A DNA stretch of 64,000 nucleotides from positions 256,001-320,000 of the forward strand of contig CP060223.1 of assembly GCA_023898465.1 (NCBI GenBank), in the 5' to 3' direction. Positions within the stretch are counted from its first letter, which is position 1; each line of letters opens with the position of its first letter. Position numbers and translations under genes: made by a program. Origin of the DNA: Candidatus Nomurabacteria bacterium. GTDB taxonomy: Bacteria; Patescibacteriota; Patescibacteriia; HK-STAS-PATE-3. The notes beneath the pieces were generated by a model. It did no database searches, had not been told where the DNA came from, and saw only the letters and a program-made list of their open reading frames with translations. Below are positions 9,663 through 18,933 of this stretch, in pieces.

Positions 9663-10079
9663 TCAGACGCCTTTGCGGGCGTGGGGATTGTGGCGATAGA
9701 TCGCCATTCCCGGCTTTGCGGTACTGGGAACCTCGATCAGGATATCTCCGCTAGCACCGAAGACGTTTCGCGTCGTTGCCCCGAGGTCAACACGCAGGGT
9801 TGTCAGAGGCGCTGCTCCGAGCGGATCCCCGAGACAAATAATGTCTCGATCATGCAGCGTCACTCCTTGTTTGAGGCTGGCCGTATGCGTTCGTTGGAAC
9901 TGCACACTGCCGAGTACGCCAATCTTGATCCAGTCGGTCTGCGTAGCCGCTTGCGTCGACATAGTACCCCCATTCTTCCAGTGAAAGGCACGCACGGATC
10001 TCATCCTGAGAATGTGCAAATCTTGCCACGGAGTGTAGCGCTGTGGATTTTCTTTGTCAAGCAAAACGGACACACTCAA
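9663..10079 (-). CDS. Hypothetical protein (high-GC island, first gene after tRNA-Lys)
   Basis: 138 aa ORF on the opposite strand immediately downstream of the tRNA; about 58% GC; no family recognised. Confidence 0.4.
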   Translation of the reverse strand: MSVSVLLDKENPQRYTPWQDLHILRMRSVRAFHWKNGGTMSTQAATQTDWIKIGVLGSVQFQRTHTASLKQGVTLHDRDIICLGDPLGAAPLTTLRVDLGATTRNVFGASGDILIEVPSTAKPGMAIYRHNPHARKGV

Positions 10080-10100
10080 GTGAGGTGTCCGTAGTTGGGG

Positions 10101-10898
10101 TTAGTTGACGGAGGCGATCTCTTCATCAGGGATTGCGGCTATCAAGCGTCCGAGCGCCTTTTGCAGCGAAAGATTAGAGCGGGCTAAGCGTTCATCATAT
10201 CGGAAGAAGTGAAAGGGGATAGCAGAGGGGTCGGTCAACGCCATTTGTCCAAGCGCTCCAAGCTGCTGGAATACTGCCCCAAGATCGAGTTCGAGGTCGA
10301 ACAGGAGCTCCCAATCAATGCAAGATCGAAGCGCTTCCCAGGGTAGTGGCTCTTCCATGCAGCATGAGCGCCCGGCCAGCATTCTGACAAAGTGGCAGAG
10401 CCCAGGGTTGAAGAAGCTTTTTCTCCTTTGATCAGTCAGCAAGGTGCTTCTTGGGTCAAAGGGGTACACGGTGTCGTCCTCTCCCTGCATGAGCCATCCC
10501 TTGAGCAGCTCAAGATCAACCACGCTGGTGACCAAATCTTGGGTGGCGAGGGCCTTGCGATCAAAGCTCACGATGTCGCCCCAGGGGATCGGCAGACAGA
10601 TTGAGGCAACAAGTTCCACCCAAGCACCTAGTGTGTCTTGGCGATCCTCTGGGACAACCAAGAGAAAAGAATCAAGAGTTCTGGGAAGTGCCATAGCACC
10701 AAGGGCGGAGAGAAAGTTCCCGGCTTTTTTTCCTACAGCGTCGATGATGAGGCTTCGTATAGGCTCACCATCAGTATCTTCCAAGATGCTTTGAGAATCC
10801 TCAAGACTTGAGCAGACGGTGATGGTGTGGCAGTTGATCCGAGCTGCCAAATGGCGGGCTCGTTTCTGACTACCAGAAAAAACCAAGAGGTGTGCCAT
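10101..10898 (-). CDS. Hypothetical protein (high-GC island)
   Basis: 265 aa ORF contiguous with the previous gene; no recognisable motifs. Confidence 0.45.
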   Translation of the reverse strand: MAHLLVFSGSQKRARHLAARINCHTITVCSSLEDSQSILEDTDGEPIRSLIIDAVGKKAGNFLSALGAMALPRTLDSFLLVVPEDRQDTLGAWVELVASICLPIPWGDIVSFDRKALATQDLVTSVVDLELLKGWLMQGEDDTVYPFDPRSTLLTDQRRKSFFNPGLCHFVRMLAGRSCCMEEPLPWEALRSCIDWELLFDLELDLGAVFQQLGALGQMALTDPSAIPFHFFRYDERLARSNLSLQKALGRLIAAIPDEEIASVN

Positions 10899-10975
10899 AC
10901 TCAGACCTCCGTTGAGTTATGAAGGTGCTTCCTCCTATAGAGAAGTGTAGACGCATTGCGCATCTTCGACAATAC

Positions 10976-11003
10976 TTGACAACCCACTTCACAGGAGTAC
11001 ACT
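10976..11003 (+). promoter_or_regulatory. Sigma70-like promoter inside duplicated leader module (copy 1)
   Basis: TTGACA, 16-nt spacer, TACACT; the identical element recurs at 14573-14600. Confidence 0.5.
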
Positions 11004-11225
11004 AAATGCACAATTGGTGGCGATCTCTGCCTGGCACTGACCAGGTTGTCCGGAGACGCCATGTTTTTGTATGCGCGTGTTCTTCCTCCTTGCCGCAGGG
11101 TGTAGCTCGGCTCCGCTCGCTACCCATTTCTCGGCATCGGTCTCTTTGCGATGATCGAAACGAAGAGCGTCTTTTTCTACTCTCCTGCAGGGGCGGTGCG
11201 GGAGCGCGGAATAGTTCCGGGCTTC

Positions 11226-11243
11226 ATTTCCTCACATGAGGAA
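11226..11243 (+). promoter_or_regulatory. Conserved 8-bp inverted repeat TTTCCTCA-CA-TGAGGAAA in leader (copy 1): candidate operator or RNA hairpin
   Basis: Perfect 8+8 inverted repeat with 2-nt spacer; identical copy at 14730-14747 upstream of the paralogous lipoprotein gene. Confidence 0.45.
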
Positions 11244-11290
11244 AGCGGCTTTGTTGCCGTTTTGCACCTTGAAATGCATGGAGGTTCGCC

Positions 11291-12028
11291 ATGACTTGGC
11301 GTTTCCGACTCTTCCTGCTCATGGCCATCGCGTTGACCATGACACCCCTCGCTTTCATGACCGGCTGCCAGGAGCTGCCGACGGAGGGGGATTCACAGGA
11401 TCAAGTGGTTGAGAGTCCGGAAGCTCAACCCGGTCCAGCGATTCAGTCTACTGGGCCCGAATGGTATAATCAGGTCGTAAGTGAAGCAAAGTACACATTG
11501 TGCCAGCTTCGAAACGGCACATCGCATGAGGTCTATCAGGGTAAGGCTATGGGTGATTGGCCCTACCCACATCAAGGGGATTGTTGTAACGCCCTTGGTG
11601 TAGTCCGTCAATATATGTACGGTGGTGGCTCTCCAGGACCGCTTGGCGAATGGAATGGCTTCCAGCAAGGCGGTTGGTGCAAGTTCTTTGTCAACTTGGT
11701 GCTCTACCGCTCTAGCTATGGCTACCCGGGCGGACATTTGCTCTTGCCCACTTCTACGTATCGTTACAATAATCCACGCCCGGTTTCCGAAGCACAACCT
11801 GGATGGATCTTGCAGTCAGAAACACTACCTCATACTGCGATCGTAGTAGAACGACTAGGCGGTGGCTTGGATGTAATCGATTCAAACTGGATCGGAACTT
11901 ACAAGCGTCCGGACGGAAGTTATTACTACTCATATGCCATCGCAAGGCATGAAATCACAAATACGGAGTTGGATCGCTACGATTTCATGGCATATCGTCC
12001 GCATGAGGCGTGCGTGCTGCATAACTAG
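11291..12028 (+). CDS. Secreted lipoprotein with CHAP-domain peptidoglycan amidase/endopeptidase
   Basis: Signal peptide plus lipobox (LAFMTGC). CHAP catalytic Cys motif GGWCKFFV and His motif LPHTAIVVERLGGGLDVIDSNW. Confidence 0.7.
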   Translation: MTWRFRLFLLMAIALTMTPLAFMTGCQELPTEGDSQDQVVESPEAQPGPAIQSTGPEWYNQVVSEAKYTLCQLRNGTSHEVYQGKAMGDWPYPHQGDCCNALGVVRQYMYGGGSPGPLGEWNGFQQGGWCKFFVNLVLYRSSYGYPGGHLLLPTSTYRYNNPRPVSEAQPGWILQSETLPHTAIVVERLGGGLDVIDSNWIGTYKRPDGSYYYSYAIARHEITNTELDRYDFMAYRPHEACVLHN

Positions 12029-12101
12029 ATAGTGGGGGGTGCTGGAAAGTTTTTCAGTTCCCCCCACCTCCCACAAAGTCAATTATTTACTTCATAAGTA
12101 T

Positions 12102-12617
12102 ATGAAAAAAATCCAAATAGTCTTTCTCTTATTTTCAAGCATTGTTCTTGCGTCGGTGATTTTTTATTCCGGACATGCTATTTCATATAAAAATACAACC
12201 TACGGATATTCTTTTAGTACAATAAAAAAGTCTAATATTAAAGTTCTTGATCCAGCGCTTGTTCAAGTTTCAATTATAGGAGAAGAGGTTATTGAGGAGA
12301 GTCCAATAATAAACATATATGCTATTAAGTTGGAGCAAGATTCTTTGTCTGCAACCCAAGAACTTGAAACGTGGGTAGGGGAAGATCTTAATGGTTTCTC
12401 TGATATTAATATTCAGAGTACAACGACCGAAACAGAAAAAATAATTAACGTTACTTATACGGGAGGGGGGATGTCTGGAAGTATTAAATACGTCGGATTT
12501 TATGTTTTCAATCAGGAAGAAAAAACAATAATTAAGGTAGTAGCTTCTCAGTATAATGATAATATGGAATTGTTTGAGGCCTACAAAAAAATTCTTTCTT
12601 CCTTTCAGTTAATATAA
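12102..12617 (+). CDS. Hypothetical membrane-anchored protein (low-GC insert)
   Basis: Start taken at MKKIQIVFLLF (single N-terminal TM); about 33% GC against about 57% for the neighbours; no known domain. Confidence 0.45.
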   Translation: MKKIQIVFLLFSSIVLASVIFYSGHAISYKNTTYGYSFSTIKKSNIKVLDPALVQVSIIGEEVIEESPIINIYAIKLEQDSLSATQELETWVGEDLNGFSDINIQSTTTETEKIINVTYTGGGMSGSIKYVGFYVFNQEEKTIIKVVASQYNDNMELFEAYKKILSSFQLI

Positions 12618-13255
12618 TGACCACCACTCATCGTCTCCTCATATTACTCATTGTCGTAGTTGCCGCAGGCTTTCTCTATCTTGGATTAAGATCAGATTCC
12701 TCCGATGTAACAACGACGAACAAAACAGTCAACAAAGATTTCCGTGAACTTGAAATGCTCAGTTCAGCTGGTCACAAGGTGTTTCAATCAGAGAATTATG
12801 ATTTCACCTATACGATTGATCATGGTGTTGACTGGAGCGTTAGCGAGGCTGCAGAGCCGACTTTGCTCACCACTTGGTTTTCTTTACCAAATCCAAATAG
12901 TGAAGAGGAAGAAAGAGATGATATTCCGAATGGGTTTAATACCTTTGAAAAAAATAGTTTTCGACTTGATGTATATCCTAACTCAGGTTCAGTAAGTCCA
13001 AATGGAGAAGCGGAGCTAAAAGATTGGTTAAAAAATGATCTTAATAGTGAGTATATTCCTGGAAGCTTTTTAACCTTATCCATTGCAAGAAACCGTTTAT
13101 TCAAAGTAGTTGATTTTCAGGGGATTGATGTGCGAGAGGCGCATTATTATCTATTTGGCTCTGCATTTGTATATGTCTTTTCAAGCGGTGATTTCACTGA
13201 GCAAGAAATGCGCGAGTTTATTAGCGGTTTTACCTACGAAAGAGCGCCTTTATAA
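12617..13255 (+). CDS. Hypothetical membrane-anchored protein (low-GC insert)
   Basis: N-terminal TM LLILLIVVVAAGFLYLGL; overlaps the previous stop by 1 nt (co-transcribed); no known domain. Confidence 0.45.
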   Translation: MTTTHRLLILLIVVVAAGFLYLGLRSDSSDVTTTNKTVNKDFRELEMLSSAGHKVFQSENYDFTYTIDHGVDWSVSEAAEPTLLTTWFSLPNPNSEEEERDDIPNGFNTFEKNSFRLDVYPNSGSVSPNGEAELKDWLKNDLNSEYIPGSFLTLSIARNRLFKVVDFQGIDVREAHYYLFGSAFVYVFSSGDFTEQEMREFISGFTYERAPL

Positions 13256-13462
13256 GCGCTTCATCTCATCTTTATTTCTTTACTTGACGCATCTCAGTAG
13301 TCCGAGCATAATCATTTTTGGGTAGTAACCCACGTTTTGATAAGCAGGAGAAGTACGGTAGATTCGATGGATGCGCCATGCGCACCCCATCTGCGTTGGA
13401 TTGTCACACTGAACCTCGGGTCAGGATAGCACCCTGACAAATCTGGAAAGAAAGGAGGCGTC

Positions 13463-14470
13463 ATGAACCGCCTGTTTGTCGTACTCGCGCTGATCACCAT
13501 CGGGGCTCTGGGTTTTGTTGGCTGCGGCGGTAAGGACGCCGCTACGAAGCCGGAAGAAATCCGCAGTCCAGATCAGATCGTGCAGTCTGAGATTGTCTAT
13601 ACCGTGAACCCAGACTACTCAGGGGTGAATGTTTCGTGGAAAACAAACATCCCGACAGTTGGAAGGGTGTACTATGGTAGGACTCCTCAACCAACTGACT
13701 ACGTCATCGAGGAGGTGAGCACTACTCAACATTTGTTGTGTGCACCTCGACTCAGGGGAGATGCGCTCTTCTACTTCCAAGTGCAATCATCCTTTTCCGA
13801 GGAAGTGATTAGCGCTCGGGAACCGAGCGAAGGCGATACACTTCGCACCCCACGATGGGTTGATTGGTCTCCACCTACCGTAAGATGGGTCGATCCTCGA
13901 GAAGGCGCAATAAAGGGCGGGACGATTGATCTCACTGTTTCGGCAAACGAATACGTTGTCAACGGGGTGGTAGAGGTGAAATTCTTTATCGATGGCAGGG
14001 TCATCGCTGTAGTGACTGAACCCGATGACGGTGATAAGATCTTCGTCGTGCATGACTTCAATACTACCCAGCTCACCGATGGCTTGCATAGCTTTCACGC
14101 GTTGGCAACAGATGTAAACGGTAACAGAGAGTCAAGGGGAATTACGGTCGACATCGACAACTCGAAGCCGGTCATCTATCGATGGGATGCTCCGAGAAAT
14201 CAGCGGGAGATCGGGAATTCTATCAATTTGCGAGTGGTGGCTCAGGACTTTCGTGGTGAACACGTCGATGATGTGTACATCACCCTCGATGGTCAACCAT
14301 TTGCGAGGCTTGAGGTGTGTGAACTGCGAGCTAGCGGCGTAGGAGATGTGTGGTGTAGAGACGTTGATACGTCGACGCTGTCACCCGGTCAGCACTACTT
14401 CGGTGCCGTTTCAGTAGATCATGCTGGCAACGAGTCAGATCCGGTCTACATCGGCGTCATCAAGCAGTAG
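13463..14470 (+). CDS. Secreted lipoprotein with tandem Ig-like (Big/FN3-like) domains
   Basis: Lipobox LGFVGCGG; repeated beta-rich segments ending in DNSKPVI and VDHAGNESDPVYIGV, typical of bacterial Ig-like domains. Own promoter TTGACG-17-CATAAT at about 13287-13315 and RBS AAGGAGG. Confidence 0.6.
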   Translation: MNRLFVVLALITIGALGFVGCGGKDAATKPEEIRSPDQIVQSEIVYTVNPDYSGVNVSWKTNIPTVGRVYYGRTPQPTDYVIEEVSTTQHLLCAPRLRGDALFYFQVQSSFSEEVISAREPSEGDTLRTPRWVDWSPPTVRWVDPREGAIKGGTIDLTVSANEYVVNGVVEVKFFIDGRVIAVVTEPDDGDKIFVVHDFNTTQLTDGLHSFHALATDVNGNRESRGITVDIDNSKPVIYRWDAPRNQREIGNSINLRVVAQDFRGEHVDDVYITLDGQPFARLEVCELRASGVGDVWCRDVDTSTLSPGQHYFGAVSVDHAGNESDPVYIGVIKQ

Positions 14471-14572
14471 CCTTTCCAGTCCGTCAGGAATCCAACAGAG
14501 CCTGGGATCATCGATCTCGGGCTCTTCTCTTTTTGATACGCTCCAGAATGAAAAAGTGAAGTTTACTATTAC

Positions 14573-14600
14573 TTGACAACCCACTTCACAGGAGTACACT
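14573..14600 (+). promoter_or_regulatory. Sigma70-like promoter inside duplicated leader module (copy 2)
   Basis: Identical TTGACA-16-TACACT as at 10976-11003. Confidence 0.5.
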
Positions 14601-14793
14601 AAATGCACAATTGGTGGCGATCTCTGCCTGGCACTGACCAGGATGTCTGGAGACGCCATGTTTTTGTATAGGCGTATTCCACCCTCCCTTGCCGTGGCGT
14701 TGGGGAGCGCGGAATAGTTCCGGGCTTCATTTCCTCACATGAGGAAAGCGGCTTTGTTGCCGTTTTGCACTTTGAAATGCATGGAGGTTCGCC

Positions 14794-15492
14794 ATGACTT
14801 GGCGTTTCCGACTCTTCCTGCTCATGGCCATCGCGTTGACCATGACACCCCTCGCTTTCATGACCGGCTGTCAGGAGCTGCCGACGGAGGGGGAGACTTC
14901 GGTGATCTCTGATGAGTTGCCGGATGCTTCACCCTCAGCTCAGTCAAGCCCGATGACTTGGCCCTCTTCGATCCAGGATTTCAAACTCCCTTATGATGGG
15001 ATCCGGGATGCATGCGGGGGTCAGATTTGGAAGGTTGTTTGCGGGTACGGATGTGGTTATCATCACAACACAAACTACATGGCCGCCGCGTACCATTCGA
15101 TTGATCTTGTACGGCAGGATGCGCCGACCACTCATAGCGCAGTACTCGCTCCGGCGCGTGGCATCGTTTCGTTTGTCGGATGGAGGAATGGGTACGGTTG
15201 GTGCGTGGAGATGGATCATCGAAACGGCTGGAAGTCGCTTGTGGCCCATCTCGAAACGGATCCTTGGGAATTCGTCCATACCTATGACGACCTGCGGCAG
15301 GGGACTTTCCTGGGCTATGCAGGGAACAGCGGAGCGAGTACGACACCCCACATTCACTTCTCGGTGTGGCGGAACAACGTCACTCATACGCTCGATGGCG
15401 TATCGTTGATCAACCCGCGTCTAAATGGGCGATACAATTCCGGCAATGATTATGTTGCGCCACCGACGGGAAATCCGAACCCGATTCCTTAA
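14794..15492 (+). CDS. Secreted lipoprotein with M23 (LytM) family metallopeptidase domain
   Basis: N-terminal 33 aa are identical to the CHAP lipoprotein (MTWRFRLFLLMAIALTMTPLAFMTGCQELPTEG). M23 motifs HSIDL (HxxxD) and GNSGASTTPHIHFSV (HxH). Confidence 0.75.
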   Translation: MTWRFRLFLLMAIALTMTPLAFMTGCQELPTEGETSVISDELPDASPSAQSSPMTWPSSIQDFKLPYDGIRDACGGQIWKVVCGYGCGYHHNTNYMAAAYHSIDLVRQDAPTTHSAVLAPARGIVSFVGWRNGYGWCVEMDHRNGWKSLVAHLETDPWEFVHTYDDLRQGTFLGYAGNSGASTTPHIHFSVWRNNVTHTLDGVSLINPRLNGRYNSGNDYVAPPTGNPNPIP

Positions 15493-15668
15493 CACGATAG
15501 CGGAGAAGGTTTTTCATTAGAAAGCCTTCTCCGCTGTCTCTCCTCTCTATGAATAGTCATGTTGCTATTCTTTCTGTTAGCGATCACCATCCTTTTAGTT
15601 GATTTAGGATTAAAACTATAATTACGTTATTCTGGAGCATTTTCTCATAATATCGTAATCTTACTACT

Positions 15669-16682
15669 ATGAATCGTTTTTCTATCTTCATCGCAGTGTT
15701 CGTTCTTATCAGCGCAGTGGTTTATGCTTTCTTTTTTGCTACATTATTTGGGGAAAAGAAAGCTATTGAAGGAGTGCAGGGACCTGCTTTTATGTTTGCA
15801 ACCCTGCCTGACTCAGATGCATCTGCCGCGATAAGCATTTTTGAGATTCCTACAATGTCGAAGCGAAAGGCTGAAGACACATCTTTGCCAATGCATTTTC
15901 TTAAAAAACTAGGAGATCCGAGAGAGTATTTTGATCCCATACTTTCTTCAAGTGGTGCATATTTGGCTTTTAATCGTAATATTGGGGAGCCGAAACAGGA
16001 TAAGACAAATTTAGTAATACTTGCAGCTGACGGAAAAGAAAGGAGCGTGGAGAGCGGCTCTGCTGGAGATATAGGAATAGGAATGCTCACGCCCTTGCAG
16101 TGGAGTGCTGATGAAAAAACGCTCTACGCTTTTTATACACACGCAACTGAAGGTAATATCGTAGGCCTGGTGGCAATTGATGTGGCAACTTTAAGCCAAC
16201 AACGAATTGAAAAAATTGATGATCTACGTGTAAGTAACTACGTCTTTGATGAAGTCGGAAATACCTACGGTTTTGAACCGCACTATCGATTCCGCCCTGA
16301 AGACGAGGCTCAAACAACCTTTTATCGAATTTCTTTGACTAGTGGCGAAACAAAAAGCTTTACACTCCAGCAATCGAGTTTGGACGATCTCTTGACCGTA
16401 GATCCAAGCGGGAGATACCTCGTGTACGCAAACGGAGATGATTTTAATTCTCGTAACATTTGGATGTATGACATGGAAACCGGTGAGGAGCGCGCGTTGA
16501 CTGAAAATGCTGTTGTTAATGAAATTTTGCCCTGGAAAGATGGATATTTGGTATTTCTGGAGGAAAGTGTAAACACCCCCGCAGAAAAAACACTTGTATC
16601 ATACGATGTAAATTCTGGCATTCGCAAAGTTCTTTTAGAAAATGTTACAGGGACGTTCCGGCTTCTTGGTTGGTATCCCTAA
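15669..16682 (+). CDS. Membrane-anchored TolB-like beta-propeller (PD40/WD40-like repeat) protein
   Basis: N-terminal TM; repeated D-x-S/D-G-x-x-LxF motifs (DPSGRYLVYANGDD, SADEKTLYAF) typical of PD40 propeller blades. Confidence 0.5.
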   Translation: MNRFSIFIAVFVLISAVVYAFFFATLFGEKKAIEGVQGPAFMFATLPDSDASAAISIFEIPTMSKRKAEDTSLPMHFLKKLGDPREYFDPILSSSGAYLAFNRNIGEPKQDKTNLVILAADGKERSVESGSAGDIGIGMLTPLQWSADEKTLYAFYTHATEGNIVGLVAIDVATLSQQRIEKIDDLRVSNYVFDEVGNTYGFEPHYRFRPEDEAQTTFYRISLTSGETKSFTLQQSSLDDLLTVDPSGRYLVYANGDDFNSRNIWMYDMETGEERALTENAVVNEILPWKDGYLVFLEESVNTPAEKTLVSYDVNSGIRKVLLENVTGTFRLLGWYP

Positions 16683-16940
16683 TTTCATATATCAGTTGGG
16701 AGGTTTTTATTAAACCTTGCCCCTCCCCTTAAAAAGTGGTATAGTCATTGAGCTATTCTGAATATCTCAATATTCTAGCAACCGCGTGAAAATGTCAGCA
16801 AAAACAGACATCGCGGAGGGGGAAATCACTCAAGAGCAGCACATACTCTTGTATACTCAAGCGTCCCTAGTAAAAAGGGATGTTTTTTGTGTGCAAAGTA
16901 GCCTCGTAGCTGCCACAAGTTCTGAAAGGAGCGAAGGCGC

Positions 16941-17600
16941 ATGTTAGGTTATCTTTTGCTCATTATATCGGTTGTAGAGTTTTTTATTGGCCTGTACCTT
17001 ATTTTTCGCTATGAAAAAAGCCAGGCAACAACATATTACGGTCTCTTTGCAATAAGTGTTGCGATCTATGTTGCCGCGAACGGTTTCGGATTTACCCGAG
17101 CTTCTGATAACGAGTTTATTTTTGAGCAACTTGCTTGGTTTGGCGGCTTACTTAGCGCCCCATTTATCCTTGGCTTCAGTTATAGCTTTCCTAGCCCTAA
17201 AAAATATCCCACTGAGCTATTTCCGTGGGTAATTTGGCCAGTAGTGTTATTTGGCGCAGGAATTTTTACTTCAAATATTTTCCTGGAGAAAACGTATATT
17301 TATTCCTTTGCCGAAGGCTACACTGCGCCAATCGGTGTCTTTTTCTGGTTCGCCATTGCAGTATTTGCGATGTATTGGATATGGGCAATACGAAACCTGC
17401 TGTATACGAGATTGCACACAAGCGGTTTTTATAGGAATTTTCTTACCATTGTGCTCATAGGGCTTTTTTCATCACTGCTTATTTCAGCAATTTTTGATAT
17501 TTACATTCCCTTAGTTTCAGTCACGCGCTACGGATATATTGGAGCATTATTCTCGTCTATTTGGCTGTTTACTACCGCGTATTTAATGGTGAGGAAGTAA
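16941..17600 (+). CDS. Stand-alone histidine-kinase N-terminal 7TM sensor-domain paralog 1 (HisKA_7TM-like)
   Basis: 219 aa, 6-7 TM. Alignable to the N-terminus of the HK at 22990: RY.KS.AT.YYGLFA...LAWFGG...PFILGFSYSFP.PKK versus R.ENTSSRLFGATV...FLLFSWYFPKK. Ends exactly where the kinase linker would begin. Confidence 0.65.
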   Translation: MLGYLLLIISVVEFFIGLYLIFRYEKSQATTYYGLFAISVAIYVAANGFGFTRASDNEFIFEQLAWFGGLLSAPFILGFSYSFPSPKKYPTELFPWVIWPVVLFGAGIFTSNIFLEKTYIYSFAEGYTAPIGVFFWFAIAVFAMYWIWAIRNLLYTRLHTSGFYRNFLTIVLIGLFSSLLISAIFDIYIPLVSVTRYGYIGALFSSIWLFTTAYLMVRK

Positions 17601-17601
17601 G

Positions 17602-18261
17602 ATGATTGGATATATATTACTCATTATCTCAGTTGTTGAAGTAATACTCGGTTTTTATTTGATTTTTCGATATGTAAAAAGTCCAGCAACTATATATTAC
17701 GGCCTATTCGCGCTAAGTGTAGCACTCTATGTAGGTGCAAACGGGTATGGTTTTAGTCCGTTTTCAGAAAATGATATATGGCTGGAAATAATTGCCTGGA
17801 TTGGCGGGACCTTTACCGCTCCTTTTATTCTTGGCTTCAGTTACTCATTCCCTTATCCACGTAAGTCCAATAAGGAAATACTGTCTTTAGTTCTTAGTCC
17901 ACTCGTTTTTTTCTTCGTCGTAATACTTTTTTCTAATACTTTTGTAGATCATAATAGTGTTATCAGCTTTGATGAAGGATTTCAAAGACCTGTCGGGGAG
18001 TTACACTGGTTTGTATTATCAGTATTCTTTTTCTATTGGGTTTGGTCTTTTATTGAACTAGTAAAGAGTCGAAAAAAATCCGACGGCTTTAATAAGAATT
18101 TTCTTCTTATTTTAATTATAGGCTTAGTTTTTTCTTTGTTGGTTTCGGTATTTACTAACATCATTCATCCACTTGTCGATGTTTCAAAGTTAGGTTATAT
18201 GGGCCCCTTAGCCTCTTCAATCTGGCTATTTATTACTGGGTACTTGATATTGAGGAAGTAA
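17602..18261 (+). CDS. 7TM sensor-domain paralog 2
   Basis: About 50% identical to paralog 1; 1-nt intergenic gap. Confidence 0.65.
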   Translation: MIGYILLIISVVEVILGFYLIFRYVKSPATIYYGLFALSVALYVGANGYGFSPFSENDIWLEIIAWIGGTFTAPFILGFSYSFPYPRKSNKEILSLVLSPLVFFFVVILFSNTFVDHNSVISFDEGFQRPVGELHWFVLSVFFFYWVWSFIELVKSRKKSDGFNKNFLLILIIGLVFSLLVSVFTNIIHPLVDVSKLGYMGPLASSIWLFITGYLILRK

Positions 18262-18932
18262 TGAACACCTTTCATTTAGTTTTACTTTTTACACTTTTCT
18301 TTATTCACGCGACTCTCGCAATATGGATGTTGCGTAGATATGTGCAGACGCTATCCATTCGTTATTACTCAGGCTTTTTATTTGGACTAGCACTTATTGC
18401 ACTATTAAATGGTTTATTGCTGTTATTTGGCGGTCAGGAGAGTCAAACAGTCCTTCATAAGATCGGCTTTATCTCAGGCACCTTCACTTTTGTGATGTTC
18501 TTTATGTTTAGTAAGTACTTTCCAATTTCTACTGCAAGACCAAACTCCCGCGACATTCTTTTTTGGGTAATTCCGATTACATTTTTTATTCCATTCATAC
18601 TTTTTAATCAGCAGTTTATCCAGTCTGTGATTATAGAAAATGGAATAAGTAAGCCTACATTTGGAGTCTGGTATACACCATTTATGTTAGTTTTGGCCAC
18701 CTTTGTTCTGGGGGCTATCTATAATCTCATACAGAAATATAAAATAACCACTGAACTTGAAATTAGGAAGAACATTAGAGACATTACGGCAGTATTTTTC
18801 GTATCAGGACTCCTTGGCTTTTTGTTGGACGTTGTGTTGCCAAGGTTTAATGTTTATACGGCACATTACTTTGCCATTGAATCTTCACTTTTTGTTGCGC
18901 TAACTACTGCAATTATTATTGCAAAGAAGTAA
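18261..18932 (+). CDS. 7TM sensor-domain paralog 3
   Basis: Same length class and topology; overlaps the previous stop. Confidence 0.6.
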   Translation: MNTFHLVLLFTLFFIHATLAIWMLRRYVQTLSIRYYSGFLFGLALIALLNGLLLLFGGQESQTVLHKIGFISGTFTFVMFFMFSKYFPISTARPNSRDILFWVIPITFFIPFILFNQQFIQSVIIENGISKPTFGVWYTPFMLVLATFVLGAIYNLIQKYKITTELEIRKNIRDITAVFFVSGLLGFLLDVVLPRFNVYTAHYFAIESSLFVALTTAIIIAKK

Positions 18933-18933
18933 G

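Noticed and set aside
11006-11239. 77-aa ORF inside copy 1 of the duplicated leader
   Set aside because: In copy 2 the same reading frame terminates after 22 codons, so the ORF is not conserved between the two near-identical modules. The segment is more likely a 5' leader or regulatory RNA.
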